64,000 nt of DNA from an uncultured Gammaproteobacteria bacterium (GTDB lineage: Bacteria; Patescibacteriota; Patescibacteriia; Magasanikbacterales; UBA922): the NCBI GenBank assembly GCA_964394405.1, contig CAYMVY010000002.1, positions 64,092 to 128,091 on the forward strand. The letters run 5' to 3'. A model generated the notes under the pieces. The model did no database searches and was not told the DNA's origin. It saw nothing but the letters and a program-made list of their open reading frames with translations. This document shows positions 18,765 through 27,955 of this stretch, piece by piece. Each line of letters opens with the position of its first letter. Positions within the stretch are counted from its first letter, which is position 1. The position numbers and the translations under genes were made by a program.

Positions 18765-20567
18765 ATGAATGATGATATATCACGTATAAAAGAGAAGATC
18801 GATGTAGTAGATTTGATTTCCGAATATGTGCAGTTGAAGCCTGCTGGAATCAATCACAAGGGCTTATGTCCGCTACATCATGAAAAATCACCCTCATTTA
18901 TGGTGAATCGCGAGCGACAAAGCTGGCATTGTTTTGGGTGTGCAAAAGGGGGAGATATTTTTACTTTTATTCAGGAAATAGAAGGAATGGAATTTCGGGA
19001 TGCGCTTCGGTTTTTGGCAGACAAAGCAGGGGTGCAGTTGTCAAAAACGGTAAGCACTTCTGAAACAACACAGAAAAATCGCGTAAAAGATATCAATCGA
19101 GAGGCTGCAAAATTTTTTCATTATATTTTACTTAGATTGGATCAATCAAAGCCAGCGCTTGATTATTTGCTTACCCGCGGACTCACCAGAGAAACTATTG
19201 AGGCGTGGCAGGTAGGATTTATTCCAGATCAATGGGATTTGTTGACCAAATATTTGCTCAAAAAAGGACACTCGATTGATGATATATTGGCGTCCGGACT
19301 CGCAATTAAAAAAGATGGTGCAGATGCACGGAGTGGAAGAGGGTATTATGACCGGTTTCGTGGACGTATCATGTTTCCGATTTGGGATCCACATGATACG
19401 GTGGTCGGATTTACCGGTCGAGTACTTGTCGAAACCGAACACAGTGGGGGAAAGTATGTGAATACTCCGCAGACAGTATTATATGATAAATCACGAGTAC
19501 TATTTGGATTGAATAAGGCAAAGCGTGAAATCAAAGCGAAAGATCTGATTGTGATGGTCGAGGGTCAGATGGATGTGATTGCCTGTCATCAGGCTGGTAT
19601 GACTAATGTAGTTGCAACGAGCGGAACTGCATTGACTGAGCATCAGGTCCAGTTGCTCAAACGTTATTCGAATACAATTGCGATGGCATTTGATTCTGAC
19701 GCAGCGGGAATCGCTGCAGCAAAACGCGGTATCGATCTCTTGATTGAAGGTGGTATGAATGTAAAGGTGATCGTGATTCCTGAGGGAGCTGGTAAAGATC
19801 CTGATGAATGTATCAAAAAAAATACAGAGGTCTGGTTTGCATCTGTTGCTCAGGCGCAAGATATTATGAATTGGTATTTTGATCGGTCGTTTGCAGGTAG
19901 GTCAGTCAGTGATCCAAAACAAAAACAGAAAATTGCAGATGAATTGTTGCAGGAAATCTCTCGTATTCCTTACGCGGTCGAACGTGATCATTGGCTTTCG
20001 CAACTGTCACATCGGCTGGGTGTGGACGTATCTGTATTGCGTGAAGATTTGGTGAGGATAGCAAAATCTTCAGATAACAAAAGGGGAGAAAAAATTCAGC
20101 ATAAAACCGAGGTACACCCACTGGTCTCGGCGCCCAAAAAAGAACGGATAGACGTGTTACGTGAGCGTTTTTTTGGGTTGATTGTGGCATATCCGGATTT
20201 GGTTCCACAGATACCGCATAATTTCTTTATTTTGGACTCTTTTTCCACAGCCTGGGAAGGGGATCTTTACGAAACCATCAAATTGGGCTATACTCAGAAT
20301 ATTCCATGTGACTTTACACATGTCAGAGAACGCTATTCACAAGAACAGACTGAAAATCCATTTGACGTCCTTCTTTTAATTGGAGAGAAGGATTTTTCTG
20401 ATTTAAGTCCAAAGGAACGAGAAAATGAATTGAGGGATCTGGCAACACAGATCCGTTCGGAATGGATTAAGTATAAACGGGGCCAGATACAGGCAGAGCT
20501 TGCGCAGGCAGAAGCAAGAGGGGGGAATACTGACGAGCTGATTCGGTCCTTACAACAGTATCAATAA
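18765..20567 (+). CDS. dnaG: DNA primase
   Basis: CHC2 zinc finger (CPLHHEKSPSF...HCFGC), TOPRIM region. Confidence 0.9.
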   Translation: MNDDISRIKEKIDVVDLISEYVQLKPAGINHKGLCPLHHEKSPSFMVNRERQSWHCFGCAKGGDIFTFIQEIEGMEFRDALRFLADKAGVQLSKTVSTSETTQKNRVKDINREAAKFFHYILLRLDQSKPALDYLLTRGLTRETIEAWQVGFIPDQWDLLTKYLLKKGHSIDDILASGLAIKKDGADARSGRGYYDRFRGRIMFPIWDPHDTVVGFTGRVLVETEHSGGKYVNTPQTVLYDKSRVLFGLNKAKREIKAKDLIVMVEGQMDVIACHQAGMTNVVATSGTALTEHQVQLLKRYSNTIAMAFDSDAAGIAAAKRGIDLLIEGGMNVKVIVIPEGAGKDPDECIKKNTEVWFASVAQAQDIMNWYFDRSFAGRSVSDPKQKQKIADELLQEISRIPYAVERDHWLSQLSHRLGVDVSVLREDLVRIAKSSDNKRGEKIQHKTEVHPLVSAPKKERIDVLRERFFGLIVAYPDLVPQIPHNFFILDSFSTAWEGDLYETIKLGYTQNIPCDFTHVRERYSQEQTENPFDVLLLIGEKDFSDLSPKERENELRDLATQIRSEWIKYKRGQIQAELAQAEARGGNTDELIRSLQQYQ

Positions 20568-20587
20568 TTTATTAATTTTTTTGGTGC

Positions 20588-21940
20588 ATGGCACGGAAAC
20601 CATCGACAACCAAAGCAAAGAAACGACCTATAACCGCTTCAAAAAAAGCGGTACTATCGGCTCCTAGAGCCAAACACCCGACCCGACGCACTGTTGGGAC
20701 AAAATTGGGCGCGCAGTCGAAGAAAATATCCCGATTTAATCGGGCGAAATTTGTGGGGAAAAAATTTAGAAATAGGCATCATCAGCGTGGTGTACCGAAA
20801 CGCAAGACACCGATCGATGATCCAATTGTTTCTCCGACGTTTACTGAAATACAGGAATTTGTGAGTAAGGGTAGAAATCGAGGATTTCTTACTGAAAAAG
20901 AAGTCTTGCTTAAGTTTCCTCGAGCCGAGCACTATCTGGAATCATATGAACATTTTCTCAATCTTCTTGATAAAAATAGTATTTCTCTGGTTGAGGGTCA
21001 GGAGGGATTGCTTGGAGGTAATCATTCGGTAGAACGCAAGAGGGAAGTGTTGCAAGAATTTCAGGGTGCTCAGCCTGATAGCAACAGCGGATCTTATTTT
21101 GACCTCGGCAGTATTTCACAGGATTCAATCCAGATGTATTTGCGTGAGATCGGTAAAGTTCCTCTCCTCAGTGCTGAAGACGAGATGTCATTGGCAAAAC
21201 GAAAAGAGAGAGGGGACAAAGAAGCAGAGCGACGAATGATCGAGGCAAATCTTCGTCTAGTAGTTTCTATTGCAAAGAAATTTGTCGGAAAACAACTGTC
21301 TCTTCTTGATTTGATCCAGGAAGGAAACATCGGATTGTTTCGAGCGGTTAAAAAATTTGACTATCGCAAAGGATTTAAATTTTCCACGTACGCAACGTGG
21401 TGGATTCGTCAGGCAATTACCCGCGCACTTGCTGATCATTCCCGCACGATTCGTATTCCGGTTCATATGGTTGAAACGATCAATCGATTGCAACAGGTAT
21501 CACGACGGTTGCTCCAGGATTTGGGTCGAGACGGAACTCCTGAAGAAATTGCAGCTGAAATGGGAGAAGACGTTGAGAAAGTTAAACATATTATCAAGAT
21601 TTCTCAGGACACTGTATCACTCGAAACATCGGTCGGCGATGATGATGACGACGACACATCACTTTCAGATTTTATTGAGGATGTGAAGAACATCAGTCCC
21701 TCAGCTGCTGCTGGATCTGAACTACTCAAAGATTATATTCGCGAGGCAATACAAGATCTGTCTCCACGTGAAAAGAAAATTCTAGAAATGCGATTCGGAC
21801 TTGATGATGGTGTGACGCATACCCTGGAAGAAGTAGGTAAAGAGTTTGGTGTTACCCGTGAACGTATTCGTCAGATTGAAGCTAAAGCAATTGAAAAAAT
21901 AAAGAGTTTTGAAGTTATTGAGAAACTTAGTGATTATTAG
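20588..21940 (+). CDS. rpoD: RNA polymerase sigma-70 factor (primary sigma)
   Basis: Regions 2.4 ([13 protein letters not shown]), 3 and 4.2 present; acidic linker. Confidence 0.9.
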   Translation: MARKPSTTKAKKRPITASKKAVLSAPRAKHPTRRTVGTKLGAQSKKISRFNRAKFVGKKFRNRHHQRGVPKRKTPIDDPIVSPTFTEIQEFVSKGRNRGFLTEKEVLLKFPRAEHYLESYEHFLNLLDKNSISLVEGQEGLLGGNHSVERKREVLQEFQGAQPDSNSGSYFDLGSISQDSIQMYLREIGKVPLLSAEDEMSLAKRKERGDKEAERRMIEANLRLVVSIAKKFVGKQLSLLDLIQEGNIGLFRAVKKFDYRKGFKFSTYATWWIRQAITRALADHSRTIRIPVHMVETINRLQQVSRRLLQDLGRDGTPEEIAAEMGEDVEKVKHIIKISQDTVSLETSVGDDDDDDTSLSDFIEDVKNISPSAAAGSELLKDYIREAIQDLSPREKKILEMRFGLDDGVTHTLEEVGKEFGVTRERIRQIEAKAIEKIKSFEVIEKLSDY

Positions 21941-21963
21941 TCTTGTCTCAATAGTTAGTGAAT

Positions 21964-21992
21964 AAAAAAATCGGCAGTGTGCCGATTTTTTT
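21964..21992. terminator. bidirectional terminator aaaaaaatcggca-gtgt-gccgattttttt
   Basis: Seen directly. Confidence 0.6.
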
Positions 21993-22024
21993 ATCTACAC
22001 TTGTTTCCTTGGGGTTTCAATAGA

Positions 22025-22440
22025 AAACAAAAGTAGGCGGGGGTGGGGATTGGATGTCTCCCCACCTGTTTTTTGGGTGGGAGCAGGTCCTGGTGGGCTA
22101 CATTGGGGGTTTTTGAAAAACCCCGGAAGGAGAAAAAGAACTGTCCTCTATTCTTTTTTTTGAAAAGTGCAGAGGACAGTGAGACACTTATTCCGATAGG
22201 CCGTCACCTCTACCAGAACAGGTGTCCCAAAAAACTCAATCTTGCGTGCCCAAACAAGATTTTTTTGCCGAAGTGGGGGGTAGTCGGCGGCTCGCGCCAC
22301 AGGCAGCGTCACTGCCAACATTTGCGTTCCGGCAAGAGTTTTGCTGGGGGGAGGTGCCTCACGTCTCGTCCCCAGACTGTCCTCTGGGGGAGACGCAATC
22401 TCACCCACAGACTATAAGCGTGAGAACAAGCCTATGGTGT
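22025..22440. ncRNA. GC-rich, hairpin-dense noncoding island between two terminators; candidate structured RNA of unassigned identity
   Basis: GC spike in AT-rich background; perfect palindromes (ggggtttttgaaaaacccc; ctgtcctct...agaggacag); ORFs in all frames with heterogeneous composition; no promoter/Shine-Dalgarno-supported CDS. Confidence 0.35.
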
Positions 22441-22465
22441 ATGGGTGAATATATGCCAAACATAG

Positions 22466-22486
22466 ACAAAAAATGGTTTTTTGTCA
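22466..22486. terminator. bidirectional terminator gacaaaaaa-tgg-ttttttgtc (3' of sodA)
   Basis: Seen directly. Confidence 0.5.
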
Positions 22487-22512
22487 AATTTTTTTTGACC
22501 CCAATTTTGTTT

Positions 22513-23094
22513 TTATATATTGACGACTACTTCCCACCACGCTTTGATATACTCTGGGCGTTTGTTTTGATATTTGAGGTAGTACGCATGCTCCCAGACG
22601 TCTAATCCAATGATAGGGGTGTGTCCCTTGAGATAGGGTGAATCTTGATTGGGAAGAGAATATATATTTAGTTTTCCTTCTGTATCACGCGCGAGCCACG
22701 CCCACCCGCTTCCAAAATGTTTGGCTGCAAGTGTACTAAACTGTTCCTTGAAAGAATCAACTGAACCAAATTGAGCGGTAATTTCTTTTTTTAATTCACT
22801 ATCTTCGCGTTTACTTGGCCCCATGATCGACCAGTAGAGATTGTGGTTGACCAATCCGCCTCCATGATTGCGAAGTATGAGTCGGTCACCTTCCTCTACC
22901 TGCAAAGTATCGAGTGAACTCAATATTTCTTCTGCAGTTTTATCACTGAGTTCTTCGTATTTTTCAACAACCTTTGAAAAATTGTCTAGGTAGGTTTGGT
23001 GGTGCTTGGTATAGTGGATTTCCATAGTCTGTGCATCAATGTGCGGTTCGAGTGCATTGAAGTCGTAGGGAAGTTGGTAGAGTTGGTGTTTCAT
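22513..23094 (-). CDS. sodA: Fe/Mn superoxide dismutase
   Basis: HYTKHHQTY and C-terminal DVWEHAYY motifs. Confidence 0.9.
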   Translation of the reverse strand: MKHQLYQLPYDFNALEPHIDAQTMEIHYTKHHQTYLDNFSKVVEKYEELSDKTAEEILSSLDTLQVEEGDRLILRNHGGGLVNHNLYWSIMGPSKREDSELKKEITAQFGSVDSFKEQFSTLAAKHFGSGWAWLARDTEGKLNIYSLPNQDSPYLKGHTPIIGLDVWEHAYYLKYQNKRPEYIKAWWEVVVNI

Positions 23095-23331
23095 ATAGGG
23101 AAAAGTTTAAGATTAAAGAATGAAGACTACATATACCTGTTATTATCGTAGTTTTTTAAGTACGTTAATCCTCAATCTTCAATCTTTAGTTTTAATTTTT
23201 ATACTATACAAGTATGCTTTCGTTACGTCAAATGGCTAAATTGAAACAAATTATTATCCACAATTGTATCAATATATGGGTCATGATATACTGTGTTTTG
23301 AGTTAATTAATTAACACCTAATTTGTGATCT

Positions 23332-24120
23332 ATGTCTGATGAGAAAAGCTTTTTTGAGTCACTTTCTCCAAAACAAATGTTCGTTACCGGACTTGTAGGC
23401 GGTGTCATGGTGCTCTGTACTATTGGTTTTTTTATTTTGCTTGGAATTATGCTGAGTAATGGCGGTACCGGAAAGACTGCCAAGAAAACAGGTACTGCTG
23501 TCGTGACTACTGATGCAAACGGGAATGTAGAAGGACCTGAGGAATTTAGTCAGTGTCTTGATTCTGGAAAACACGCTAATACAGTAAAACAAGATTTGCA
23601 GCTTGGAGCCTCGATTGGCGTCAACGGTACTCCAGCAACCTTTGTTAATGGAGTTTTAGTCGGCGGAGCATATCCCTATGATGCTCTGAAGCAAGTGATC
23701 GATGCGACACTTGCGGGAAAAGGTGTTGATGATCTCGAATTTTTGAAAGATCAAGCAACAGGTAAAGTCACACGAGTCACGATGCCTGAACTTCCAAATG
23801 CAATATGGCTTGGAGATGAAGATGCAAAAGTAAGTGTGGTTGAGTTTTCAGATTTTGAATGCCCATACTGTCTCCAGTTTGAACCTGCGATTGAACAGAT
23901 GCTTAGTGAATATGGTGATAAGATTAGATTTACGTATCGACATTTCCCCTTATCATTCCACCCAAATGCTCAGAAAGCTGCAGAGGCATATGAATGTGCC
24001 AAGGAGCAGGGCGCTGAAAAAGCATGGGAAATGCATGGTAAATTGTTTGAACTCCAGTCATCAGGTCAGCTAGGTATCAATGGTTACAAACGTGTTGCGA
24101 CAGAGATTGGACTTGATTAA
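23332..24120 (+). CDS. DsbA-like thiol:disulfide oxidoreductase, N-terminal TM anchor
   Basis: CPYC active site in thioredoxin fold (FSDFECPYCLQFEP). Confidence 0.8.
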   Translation: MSDEKSFFESLSPKQMFVTGLVGGVMVLCTIGFFILLGIMLSNGGTGKTAKKTGTAVVTTDANGNVEGPEEFSQCLDSGKHANTVKQDLQLGASIGVNGTPATFVNGVLVGGAYPYDALKQVIDATLAGKGVDDLEFLKDQATGKVTRVTMPELPNAIWLGDEDAKVSVVEFSDFECPYCLQFEPAIEQMLSEYGDKIRFTYRHFPLSFHPNAQKAAEAYECAKEQGAEKAWEMHGKLFELQSSGQLGINGYKRVATEIGLD

Positions 24121-24236
24121 TTTTGGGATCCCAGGTGTACCTGCGTATATAACAGTACGCAGACTGAAAAAAGTTCACCGCTGAAACTGCCGGGCCAAAC
24201 ACGGCGGTTTTTGTTTAAGCACGAATAAATCACGAA

Positions 24237-24566
24237 TTGATACGAATTTGGTTAGCTTGTATTTTGTCTAGAATTAGCTATACTAAGCTATATAGATTTT
24301 CTATGAAGAAATATATTATTTTTGATTTATTGCGATCTTTACTCATTGGGGCGGGATTTATTTTTTTAATTAGTCCTTTTTTGTTATATTGGTGGATACA
24401 TGGAGACTACGAGAGATATCGATGGATTATCCAAGGTCCTTTGCCCTATAGTCAATTTGGTAGCGGACCGTATCAATTGTATATGTATGTGACATTATTA
24501 GTGATTGGTCTTGTCTTATTAGCACTTAGTTTATTTTTTCGAAAATCTTCTATTCAGAAATATTAG
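24237..24566 (+). CDS. hypothetical small membrane protein (2 TM)
   Basis: ORF with two hydrophobic segments. Confidence 0.45.
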   Translation: MIRIWLACILSRISYTKLYRFSMKKYIIFDLLRSLLIGAGFIFLISPFLLYWWIHGDYERYRWIIQGPLPYSQFGSGPYQLYMYVTLLVIGLVLLALSLFFRKSSIQKY

Positions 24567-24569
24567 TAT

Positions 24570-25142
24570 ATGCTCAACACTAGCTTACTTTCAAAAATTA
24601 GAAAAGATTTACTCTCATACGCCGAAGTACGTCAAAAGGTTATCAAAGATTCTAATGATGCACTATTTCAGGCAAAGCGAGTTATTTTTTCATTGCATCG
24701 TGACCAGGTGAAGGAGGCAAAGGAAAAACTCGAAGCGTCGAAATCGTTGTTGGTCAAAATTTCAAAAGAATATGGTCGAGACGAACGCGTGCTTGAGGAA
24801 GGCGCATATAAAGCAGCGCTTGAGGAATTTGTGGAAGCAGAATTATTTTATCAATTTGTTACTACGCATAAAATCGGGGATATCAAGGGAATCAAGGTGT
24901 CTCCTGAATCATATGTCGCAGGACTCACTGATGTGCCAGGAGAGCTCTATCGATATGCCATCAAAGCTGCTACAGCAAGAGATGAAAATACCGTAAAGAC
25001 GTGTGCGGAAATGGCTGAAGAAATTATTGGTGAACTGATCGAGTGCAATCTCACGAGCTATCTTCGCAATAAATTTGACCAGGCAAAAACCGCGGTGCAT
25101 AAAATAGAGCATGTAGTATATGAACTCTCTTTGAGAGATTAG
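24570..25142 (+). CDS. translin/TRAX-family protein (all-alpha nucleic-acid-binding/RNase family)
   Basis: C-terminal block SYVAGLTDVPGELYRYAI...LRNKFDQAKTAVHKIEHVVYELSLRD closely resembles the TRAX/translin signature (DYLLGvADLTGELMR...VYDLSIRG). Confidence 0.55.
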   Translation: MLNTSLLSKIRKDLLSYAEVRQKVIKDSNDALFQAKRVIFSLHRDQVKEAKEKLEASKSLLVKISKEYGRDERVLEEGAYKAALEEFVEAELFYQFVTTHKIGDIKGIKVSPESYVAGLTDVPGELYRYAIKAATARDENTVKTCAEMAEEIIGELIECNLTSYLRNKFDQAKTAVHKIEHVVYELSLRD

Positions 25143-25160
25143 TCTTCCTGCGTATCTGAT

Positions 25161-26576
25161 ATGCTTCAAAAAGTGAAACAATTGATCAAAAAATATATTC
25201 CGAAACATATTCTGAATCTCAGACATTTGGTGTATGCATGGTATGGTGCGACACGATATCATCATCCCTCAAATGAGCTTCTAGTGATCGGTGTTACGGG
25301 AACGAGTGGAAAATCGACTACTGTTTTTTTGCTTCGCAATATGCTGGAGAGTCTAGGATATCGTGTGGGTTCTCTTTCTACAATTGATTTTCATATTGCG
25401 GGAGAAAACAAACTCAATAATCAGAAGATGACCATGCTTGGGAAAATGCAGATACAAAAATATTTGCGCGAGATGGTTGATAAGGGTTGTGAGATTGTAA
25501 TTGTGGAAACGACTTCTGAGGGAGCACTGCAATATCGGCATCGGTTCATCAATTATGATTTGATGATTTTGACTAATCTGTATCCTGAACATATCGAATC
25601 CCATGGAAGCTTTGAAAATTACAAGGAAGCAAAATTATCATTGTTTCGCCACACTGCGAGATATGGGAGAAACAAAAAACGGTCAGATGATCTAGGTTTC
25701 CCTCTGCTTACGAGACCTAATAGTGAATATATATCAAAAATAGCTCTGGTGAATGGTGACTCGGTTCATGCTCCAGAGTTTTTGTCGCAAGGCCCGTTTG
25801 ATTCTACTTATGCATTTGGAACAGGGGAGCGGATAATTGATACAGTCGATCATTATTTTCGCTTGTCTGATGTTCATAGTGAAGAAAAAGGTATTGCATT
25901 TTTGCTTGACAATCACGAAATACACGCACCTTTGTATGGGGAATATAATGCAAAAAATTGCTCGATTGCATTTGGAGTGCTTGCAATTCTCGGGGTGAGT
26001 TGGGATCGTATACGTGTTGCTGCTCGAGTGTGTACCAATGCGCCTGGTCGTGTAGAATTTATCAACCAGGCTGAAAAATATAATTTTAAAGTTATTGTGG
26101 ATTACGCATTTGAACCAAAAGCTGTTGAAGCGCTCTATTCGATTGTAAGTACTTTGTCTCCACAGCGAATTATACATGTGTTTGGTTCTACGGGTGGTGG
26201 ACGAGACAAGTCGCGTAGATTTACGGTCGGAGAATACGTGGGGAGACATGCGGATATTTGTATCGTGACCGACGAAGATCCTTATGATGATGATCCTCTT
26301 GAAATTATGAGAGATGTGGCGAGCGCGGCGGAAAAAAAAGGTAAAATTCCAGGGAAGGATTTGTTTTTGATTGAAGATAGGAGAGAAGCTATTGAGCGGG
26401 CGATTATGATGGCTGATCCGGGTGACGTTGTTTTGGTAACAGGGAAAGGAAGCGAACAGGCGATATGCGTAGCTGGGGGAAAGATGATTCCGTGGGATGA
26501 TCGAAAGGTTGTTCGAGAAGCACTGACACTCCGTGGTGGAGAGAAGAAAGAAATAAAATCATTATGGAGTATATAA
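25161..26576 (+). CDS. Mur ligase family protein (MurE-like; short N-terminal domain)
   Basis: GVTGTSGKST P-loop near residue 45, central Mur ligase domain, C-terminal GKGSEQ block. Confidence 0.65.
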   Translation: MLQKVKQLIKKYIPKHILNLRHLVYAWYGATRYHHPSNELLVIGVTGTSGKSTTVFLLRNMLESLGYRVGSLSTIDFHIAGENKLNNQKMTMLGKMQIQKYLREMVDKGCEIVIVETTSEGALQYRHRFINYDLMILTNLYPEHIESHGSFENYKEAKLSLFRHTARYGRNKKRSDDLGFPLLTRPNSEYISKIALVNGDSVHAPEFLSQGPFDSTYAFGTGERIIDTVDHYFRLSDVHSEEKGIAFLLDNHEIHAPLYGEYNAKNCSIAFGVLAILGVSWDRIRVAARVCTNAPGRVEFINQAEKYNFKVIVDYAFEPKAVEALYSIVSTLSPQRIIHVFGSTGGGRDKSRRFTVGEYVGRHADICIVTDEDPYDDDPLEIMRDVASAAEKKGKIPGKDLFLIEDRREAIERAIMMADPGDVVLVTGKGSEQAICVAGGKMIPWDDRKVVREALTLRGGEKKEIKSLWSI

Positions 26577-27295
26577 GTGTAGTTGTTCCGGTATATAATC
26601 GAGCACAGGTTTTTTTTCGGGCATTGGAGTCGATTGCAAAGCAGACATATCGACCACTTCAGATTATTGTGGTTGATGATGGAAGCACCGAAGACATAGA
26701 GACAGTTTTTGGAATCATTTCAAAGAGACATTCATCCAATGAATGTTCTTTTGCATATATCAGACAGGAAAATAGAGGTGCTCCTGCAGCGCGGAATAGG
26801 GGATTTACTGAAGTCAAAGGAGAATATGTGATTTTTTGGGATGCAGACATTATTGGTAAAGCGAATATGCTCGAAGTAATGCATGATATATTAGTCAAAA
26901 ATTCTGATGCATCGTTTGCATATTCCAATTTTTTATTAGGACGAAAATTATTTCGAGGAATACCTTTTTCACATGACGCACTTAAGAAAAATAATTATAT
27001 TACTTCTACATCACTTATTCGCACTGCGGATGCAGTGAAATGGGATGAGTCTTTGAAACGCTTTCAGGATTGGGATTTGTGGCTTACTATGGCGGGTCAG
27101 GGGAAGAAGGGTGTGTGGATTGATGAAATATTGTTTCAGGTGGAAGGTGGTGGAACCATCAGCTCATGGCTTCCATCATTTGCGTACAGAGTGCCATTTC
27201 GTTGGTTGCCGAGTATATACACGAAGGTCAAAAATTATGAAGCTGCTCGAGAGGTGTTGTGGTACAAGCATTCTATTTCTTCTAAGCACACTTGA
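26564..27295 (+). CDS. family 2 glycosyltransferase
   Basis: VVVPVYN...VVDDGS DxD-type GT2 N-terminus. Confidence 0.8.
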   Translation: MEYISVVVPVYNRAQVFFRALESIAKQTYRPLQIIVVDDGSTEDIETVFGIISKRHSSNECSFAYIRQENRGAPAARNRGFTEVKGEYVIFWDADIIGKANMLEVMHDILVKNSDASFAYSNFLLGRKLFRGIPFSHDALKKNNYITSTSLIRTADAVKWDESLKRFQDWDLWLTMAGQGKKGVWIDEILFQVEGGGTISSWLPSFAYRVPFRWLPSIYTKVKNYEAAREVLWYKHSISSKHT

Positions 27296-27332
27296 AATTT
27301 TTTTGATTGTATGATATAACCTGGGTGAATTT

Positions 27333-27545
27333 GTTGCACTCCTTGATTCCACGGTTGGATAGCGTGTCCGTTGCTCCGCCTGTCACTCTACCGGTAGAGT
27401 ACAGCGTGTGGGATTATCCTGGAATATCGGTATGCGGTAGGACGGTATCCGCTTTGTCTGATTTGTGCACTCACTGAGAAAAGACGAATTCACTCGGGAA
27501 CGCGAGAGATCACTCTCTCCCGCGTTCCCTTGTCCATAATATATT
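27333..27545 (+). ncRNA. candidate structured RNA (unit 1) with closing helix GGGUGAAUU/AAUUCACUC, bounded by terminator
   Basis: GC-rich, extended -10 TGaTATAAC at about 27316-27325, 5'/3' complementary ends, terminator at 27546-27576. Confidence 0.3.
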
Positions 27546-27576
27546 AAAAAAACCGACATACCGTCGGTTTTTTTAT
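27546..27576. terminator. bidirectional terminator aaaaaaaccgac-atac-cgtcggttttttt
   Basis: Seen directly. Confidence 0.6.
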
Positions 27577-27652
27577 TTTAATTTAGCAAAATTTATTAGT
27601 TATCCACCGTATTTCTTGTGGTCTGATTCGGCACATGGTATAAAGAGTATAA

Positions 27653-27925
27653 GGTTGAGGTAAGTAGGGGAGATCGGAAGTTGAGGATCATATCCTCGTT
27701 TCACGCAGGTTACCTGCAAACTGACTGGCACGCCTCGCGCGCCACAAAGTTCGCAACTCTTGCGAGAAACTGCTTCTTCGGAAGCGCCCTTTTTCCCCAT
27801 GGAACTCTCGGGTTCCACTACTTGCCTTCACTCAGGAGGCGGACTACTGGTGTTCTCGAACACCGTGTCCGCCTCCGCAACCTACACTCTTATCTTCTCC
27901 TCATGAGGAAATAAGAGCAATAAAA
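27653..27925 (+). ncRNA. candidate structured RNA (unit 2), GC-rich, nested hairpins (ggaggcggac...gtccgcctcc), promoter TTGTGG-N17-TATAAA at 27620-27646
   Basis: No convincing ORF; bounded by promoter and the ccctgcacc/ggtgcaggg terminator. Confidence 0.3.
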
Positions 27926-27955
27926 CCCTGCACCAGAACGGTGCAGGGTTTTATT
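27922..27955. terminator. bidirectional terminator ccctgcaccagaacggtgcaggg + T-run (second copy of this hairpin)
   Basis: Seen directly; identical to 10834-10856. Confidence 0.65.

Noticed and set aside
22025-22440. Assignment of the GC-rich locus as tmRNA or RNase P RNA
   Set aside because: On neither strand could I find a tRNA-like T-arm with CCA plus a tag ORF ending in ALAA-type residues. I also could not find the RNase P P4 strands (GGAAAGUCCGG / ACAGAA.CCGGCUUA). Left as unassigned structured RNA candidate.
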